The notes beneath the pieces were generated by a model that saw only the letters and a program-made list of their open reading frames with translations, was not told where the DNA came from and made no database searches. A program made the position numbers and the translations under genes. Positions 59,406 through 64,000 of a DNA stretch of 64,000 bases are shown in pieces. Position 1 is the first letter of the stretch. Every line of letters starts with the position of its first letter. The stretch is from Candidatus Scatovivens sp. (GTDB lineage: Bacteria; Bacillota; Clostridia; TANB77; CAG-508), in contig JAZRKN010000017.1 of assembly GCA_045646345.1 (NCBI GenBank), forward strand, positions 1-64,000. The letters are read 5' to 3'.

Positions 59406-60326
59406 ATGGGAAAAACTTATATTTTTGGACATAAAAATCCAGATACAGATTCAATAACATCAAGTTTAGTAATGGCAAATTTTGAAAAAGCATTAGGAAA
59501 TGAAGATGTTGTTGCATGTAGATTAGGAAATATAAACAAAGAAACAGAATATGTATTAAATTATTTAGGAATTGAAGCTCCAGAGTTAATAGAAGGTGTA
59601 GAAGATGGAGCAAATGTTATTTTAGTAGACCATAACAGTCCAAAAGAATCAATCGATAATTTAGAAAACGTAAATATTTTAAAAGTTGTAGATCACCACA
59701 AATTAGCTTTAGAAACATCATATCCATTATTTTATAGAGCAGAACCAGTTGGATGTACAGAGACAGTTATGTACAAATTATATAAAGAAAATAATGTAGA
59801 TGTTGATAAAACAATTGCTACATTAATGTTATCTGCAATTATTTCAGATACATTATTATTAAAATCACCAACAACAACTGCAGAAGATATTAAAGCAGTA
59901 GAAGAATTAGCAGGAATTGCTGGAATAGATCCACAAAGCTACGGATTAGATATGTTAAAAGCTGGAACAGATTTAAGTTCATTTACAATTGATGAAATTT
60001 TACATTTAGATGCTAAAAAAATAGATTTCAAAGAAGTTAAATCAATGGTTAACCAAGTTAACACTGCTTCAATCCCAGAAGTTATGAAAATGAAAGAAGA
60101 TTTAGAAGCAAGAATGAATGAAATAATCGAAGAAGAAAACTTAGATTTATTCATGCTTTTAATTACAGATATAGTAAATAGCAACTCACAAGTTATTGCA
60201 CTTGGAACAGGTGCAAGCTTAGTTGAAAAAGCATATAAAGTAACATTAGAAGACAATACAGCATTATTAGAAGGCGTTGTTTCTCGTAAAAAACAAGTTG
60301 TTCCAATAATGACAGAAAATGCTTAA
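59406..60326 (+). CDS. ppaC: Manganese-dependent inorganic pyrophosphatase (family II)
   Basis: GHKNPDTDS, LVDHN, VDHH, SDTLLLKSPTTT, SRKKQVVP. Confidence 0.95.
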   Translation: MGKTYIFGHKNPDTDSITSSLVMANFEKALGNEDVVACRLGNINKETEYVLNYLGIEAPELIEGVEDGANVILVDHNSPKESIDNLENVNILKVVDHHKLALETSYPLFYRAEPVGCTETVMYKLYKENNVDVDKTIATLMLSAIISDTLLLKSPTTTAEDIKAVEELAGIAGIDPQSYGLDMLKAGTDLSSFTIDEILHLDAKKIDFKEVKSMVNQVNTASIPEVMKMKEDLEARMNEIIEEENLDLFMLLITDIVNSNSQVIALGTGASLVEKAYKVTLEDNTALLEGVVSRKKQVVPIMTENA

Positions 60327-60348
60327 TAAAATATAAAAATAATATTAA

Positions 60349-60387
60349 AAATAAGAAGAGAAAAAGCAAATTCTCTTCTTATTTTTT
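60349..60387 (+). terminator. Terminator after ppaC
   Basis: AAATAAGAAGAGAA-N8-TTCTCTTCTTATTT followed by Ts. Confidence 0.75.
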
Positions 60388-60488
60388 TCTTAATAAATTA
60401 TTTTAAAAAAGGCTTTTTTATTCTTGAAATATACCAATTAATATTATAAAATATAGCCATAAATTTGCAGGTTAGGAGTTGATGTGGT

Positions 60489-62219
60489 TTGAAATTTAAA
60501 GAAGAAAATGGAAATGTAAAGATAATAGTTACTATAATTATTATTTTATTATTAATTCTTACAGGTGTTTTAGTTGTTAGACATTTAACTAAAGATAGAG
60601 CGGTTGAAGTTATAGAAGAAGAACCATACGAATATTTTCCGATGTATTCTTTAGATGAACAAGTTGGAGTTATAGATAAAAATGGAAAAATCTTAATCAA
60701 ACCAGAATATTCAACAATTTATATACCTAACCAAGCAAAAGATGTATTTTTCTGTTTTACTGAAGAAGAATATAAAATTCTAAATAGTAAAGGAAAAGAT
60801 GTATTTTCAGATTTTTCGTTTGTATATCCAATTGTAATTTCAGATACAAGTATGGAAATGGAAAGAAATGTACTTTATTATGAAGAAGATGGAAAATATG
60901 GATTAATAGATTTTGATGGAAAGAAATTAACAAATGCTATTTATGAAGAAGTAAGTAGCTTGAAAAATAAACCAGGATGTATACTTGTAAAAAAAGATGG
61001 ATTATATGGAGTAGTTGATTCTTTAGGGAACACGGTAGTTGATGTAAAATATAATTCAGTTAGAAGTGATGAATTTTGTTCTGAAAAAGATGGATATTTA
61101 AAAACTGGATATATAGTTTCAGAAAGAACAGATTCAGGAATAATATTTGGTTATATTGACTATAACGGAAAAATGTTAGTTGAACCAGAATATGAATCAA
61201 TATCAAGAGCGTTAGAATACGAAAATGAAGATGATATTTATTTGATATTTATGGAAAATGGTAAAAAAGGTGTAATTCAAAATAAAAAAGTAATAATAAA
61301 ACCTAGATACCAAGGAATAAATTATTATAATATTTCAGATGTTTTTATAGTAAATAAAAATGGAAAATATGGTTTTTATGATTCAGAAGGTGATGAAATA
61401 TTAGCTCCTGAATATACAAGTTATTCAATAGCAGGAAACTACATTTCAGTAAAAAAAGATAATAATATGATGCTATATGATTTACATGGTAACTTAGTAA
61501 ATACAAATACTTATAGCAGTATTTCAGAAGCTGGAGAATCAGCATTCTTTATAGCAAAAGATGATAAAGGATTCTACAGTATAATTAGTAAAGATGTACA
61601 AATACAAAATAGTTACACAAATATTACTTATGCATTTGATAACTTCTTTGTTTTTACAACGGAAGAAGGATATTCAGGAGTATTAAATGCCTATACAGGT
61701 ATTGAAATAGCTCCAACATATGATTATATAATTGTTATGGAAAATGCTAAAGTTTTAGAAGCAAGAACTGGAACTGAAGTTCACATATATTCTGAAAATT
61801 TAGAAAAAGTATTAGCAATGCAAAATGGTGTTGTTGAAAATGTAAATGATGAATATATAGCGATATATTCAAAAACTGAATCACAATATATTGATACAAA
61901 AGGAAATCTAGTTCCAAATACTACAGTATTTAAAGACTTAAAATTATATTCATATAGAGCAGAAGATGGTAAATGGGGATTTAAAGATAAAAATGGAAAA
62001 GTAGTTGTTGACTGCAGATATGATTTTGTAACTGAACTTAATCAATATGGATATGCTGCAATATATCAAGAAGGAAGATGGGGAGTAATAGATTCTGATG
62101 GAAAAGTGGTTGTAGTTCCTTCTTATGAAATGGATACATATTATTCACCAAGCTTTTTGAATAAATATTTACTTCAAGAACAATATGGTGCACAATGTAT
62201 TGAATTAGTTGAAAATTAA
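60489..62219 (+). CDS. WG-repeat membrane-anchored protein
   Basis: N-terminal TM helix; repeated K[YW]G[LVF]ID..G...I.P.Y units; TTG start after SD AGGAG. Confidence 0.85.
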   Translation: MKFKEENGNVKIIVTIIIILLLILTGVLVVRHLTKDRAVEVIEEEPYEYFPMYSLDEQVGVIDKNGKILIKPEYSTIYIPNQAKDVFFCFTEEEYKILNSKGKDVFSDFSFVYPIVISDTSMEMERNVLYYEEDGKYGLIDFDGKKLTNAIYEEVSSLKNKPGCILVKKDGLYGVVDSLGNTVVDVKYNSVRSDEFCSEKDGYLKTGYIVSERTDSGIIFGYIDYNGKMLVEPEYESISRALEYENEDDIYLIFMENGKKGVIQNKKVIIKPRYQGINYYNISDVFIVNKNGKYGFYDSEGDEILAPEYTSYSIAGNYISVKKDNNMMLYDLHGNLVNTNTYSSISEAGESAFFIAKDDKGFYSIISKDVQIQNSYTNITYAFDNFFVFTTEEGYSGVLNAYTGIEIAPTYDYIIVMENAKVLEARTGTEVHIYSENLEKVLAMQNGVVENVNDEYIAIYSKTESQYIDTKGNLVPNTTVFKDLKLYSYRAEDGKWGFKDKNGKVVVDCRYDFVTELNQYGYAAIYQEGRWGVIDSDGKVVVVPSYEMDTYYSPSFLNKYLLQEQYGAQCIELVEN

Positions 62220-62224
62220 TAGAG

Positions 62225-62252
62225 AAGCTCTGCTTATAAGCAGAGCTTTTTT
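62225..62252 (+). terminator. Terminator
   Basis: AAGCTCTGCTT-at-AAGCAGAGCTT followed by Ts. Confidence 0.75.
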
Positions 62253-62311
62253 GTTGAAATTTTAAAGAAAAAATGATATAATTTTAAATAGTGTATTAAA
62301 GGAGAAAAAAT

Positions 62312-63061
62312 ATGGAAAAAAGACCAATTGTTATTACTGGAGCATTAAAAGGAGAAATTAATTATTTAATAGAAATGCTTGAGTCATGTGATATAGAAAC
62401 AAATAGTATTTATAAATTTTATAAAGGATATATAAAAGATTATCCTGTAATTATAGCAAAAACAGAAGTGGGATTAGTAAATAGTGCTTCTTGTTTAACA
62501 ATAGCAATAGAAAAATATAATCCAATTGCAATTGTTAATGCTGGAACGGCAGGTGGAATAATAGAATCTAGACATAAAAAAGATATTATTATTGCAGAAG
62601 AATGTTTTAATATATTATCATCAAAAACACCATATAAAGAATTAGGAGAAGGAAGTAATTCTTGTGAATGGGATCTAATGACATTTACAGATGGTGAAAA
62701 TGATGAGAAAAGATTATATAAATCAGATGAAAGACTTGTTGAAATAGCACTTAGTGTAAAGGAAAAATATGAAAAAGGAAATGTTTACACTGGAATAGTT
62801 GGTAGTGCAGACATATGGAATAGAGAAAAAGACAAATTAAAATATTTAGCGGATGTACATGGAGTGGCATGTGAAGATATGGAACTTATTTCAATATATA
62901 CAATTGCTAAAAATTATAATATTCCAGCACTTGGAATCAAAATAATGTCTGATAATGAACTATTAGGCGAAGATTATGAACCAGCAGTTGGATTATATTG
63001 TCAAGAATATACTTATGAAGTACTAAAAAAATTAGTAGATAATATAGAAAAATTTAATTAA
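62312..63061 (+). CDS. mtnN: 5'-methylthioadenosine/SAH nucleosidase (PNP/UDP family)
   Basis: GAL..E, VG.VNSA, NAGTAGG, EDME, IMSD. Confidence 0.8.
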   Translation: MEKRPIVITGALKGEINYLIEMLESCDIETNSIYKFYKGYIKDYPVIIAKTEVGLVNSASCLTIAIEKYNPIAIVNAGTAGGIIESRHKKDIIIAEECFNILSSKTPYKELGEGSNSCEWDLMTFTDGENDEKRLYKSDERLVEIALSVKEKYEKGNVYTGIVGSADIWNREKDKLKYLADVHGVACEDMELISIYTIAKNYNIPALGIKIMSDNELLGEDYEPAVGLYCQEYTYEVLKKLVDNIEKFN

Positions 63062-63073
63062 AAAGGTATGAAT

Positions 63074-64000
63074 ATGAAAACTATTGTAATTGGTGGTGGA
63101 CCAGCTGGAATAATGGCTGCGATATCTGCTGCAAAAGAAAATGATGATGTTATTATAATTGAAAAGAATAATAGTCTAGGAAGAAAACTTTTAATTACTG
63201 GAAAAGGTAGATGCAATATAACTAGTTCAATTGATATTGATGAATTTATTAAAAACATTCCAGGTAATGGAAGATTTTTATATAGTGCATTTCAAAATTA
63301 TACTAACCAAGATATTATTGAATTAATAGAAAAGAATGGAATAAAAGTAAAAGAAGAAAGAGGGAATAGAATTTTTCCAGTAACAGATAAAGCTGAAGAT
63401 GTTTTAAATTGTTTTATAAAAGAATTGAAAAAATATAAAAACATTGAAATAAAAACTGGAAAAAAAGTAGAAAAACTTTTAGTAGAAGACCAAGAAATAA
63501 AAGGTGTAATTTTAAATTCAGGTGAAAAACTTTTTGCAAGTAAAGTTGTATTAGCAACAGGAGGGAAATCATATCCAGTAACAGGATCAGATGGTGATGG
63601 ATATAAAATGGCAAAAGAAGTTGGACATACAATAGAAAGAATAAGAGGTTCATTAGTTCCATTAACTGGAGATCAAAGATTATGCCAAAGTATGCAAGGA
63701 TTATCTTTAAGAAATGTAAAAATAACAATTAAAGATATAGAAAAAAACAAAAAGATATATGATGATTTTGGAGAATTATTATTTACTCATTTTGGAGTAA
63801 GTGGACCTACTGTTTTAAGTGCTTCAGCACATCTATTAAGATATAAAGATGTAGATAGGTTGTTTAGAGAAGATAAAGTAAAATTATACATAGATTTAAA
63901 ACCAGCACTTTCAAATGAAGAATTAGACTTAAGAATAAGAAGGGATTTCGAAGAATTTATAAATAAGGAATTTAAAAATAGTTTAGAAAAACTATTGCCT
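63074..64000 (+). CDS. HI0933/BaiN-family flavoprotein (partial, runs off window end)
   Basis: Read manually: VIGGGPAG, GRKLLITGKGRCNIT, RIFP, ATGGKSYP.TGSDGDGY, FTHFGVSGP. Confidence 0.92.
   Translation, partial: MKTIVIGGGPAGIMAAISAAKENDDVIIIEKNNSLGRKLLITGKGRCNITSSIDIDEFIKNIPGNGRFLYSAFQNYTNQDIIELIEKNGIKVKEERGNRIFPVTDKAEDVLNCFIKELKKYKNIEIKTGKKVEKLLVEDQEIKGVILNSGEKLFASKVVLATGGKSYPVTGSDGDGYKMAKEVGHTIERIRGSLVPLTGDQRLCQSMQGLSLRNVKITIKDIEKNKKIYDDFGELLFTHFGVSGPTVLSASAHLLRYKDVDRLFREDKVKLYIDLKPALSNEELDLRIRRDFEEFINKEFKNSLEKLLP

Noticed and set aside
1-64000. CRISPR arrays, tRNA/rRNA genes, IS elements, prophage; remaining short antisense ORFs in the track
   Set aside because: No regularly spaced repeats, cloverleafs, transposase, integrase or phage structural motifs seen. 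The short minus-strand ORFs mirror AT-rich plus-strand genes.

Overview
A 64 kb, very AT-rich, gene-dense chromosomal segment, almost all coded on the + strand. Gene content (bofA, SpoVK-like ATPase, YhfW-like oxidoreductase, T-box, gatCAB) fits a spore-forming low-GC Clostridia-like bacterium; the taxon is inferred. It is mostly housekeeping: scpB, proS, smc, gatC/A/B, a T-box-controlled amino-acid ABC transporter, Fur/PerR plus rubrerythrin, rpsT, rpiB, a TagO/MraY-family transferase, sua5, pth, RNase G/E, rimO, upp, ccdA/thioredoxin, an RsmB-family methylase, ABC-F, ppaC and mtnN. I found no rRNA, tRNA, CRISPR, IS or integrase. Items most worth checking: (1) rimO is split by a +1 frameshift at CTT-CGG-A, resembling prfB/Ty1 hungry-codon recoding sites; (2) three two-gene units pair a protein ending in G-x-x-[LI] (two end in K-D-x-x-G-x-x-L) with a partner carrying an amphipathic helix, and one unit includes a 1170-aa SF2 helicase with G[FY][DN]xx repeats; (3) seven compositionally distinct single-gene units with their own promoter and terminator, including an orphan DarT1-type NADAR antitoxin, an acidic SpoIIID-like protein, and a 62-aa ORF flanked by structured RNA with an AGUA/GAA loop-E motif; (4) a T-box with a duplicated, covarying antiterminator/terminator; (5) a divergent zeta toxin with a small unrecognised partner. 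All family calls come from motif recognition by eye, not database searches.
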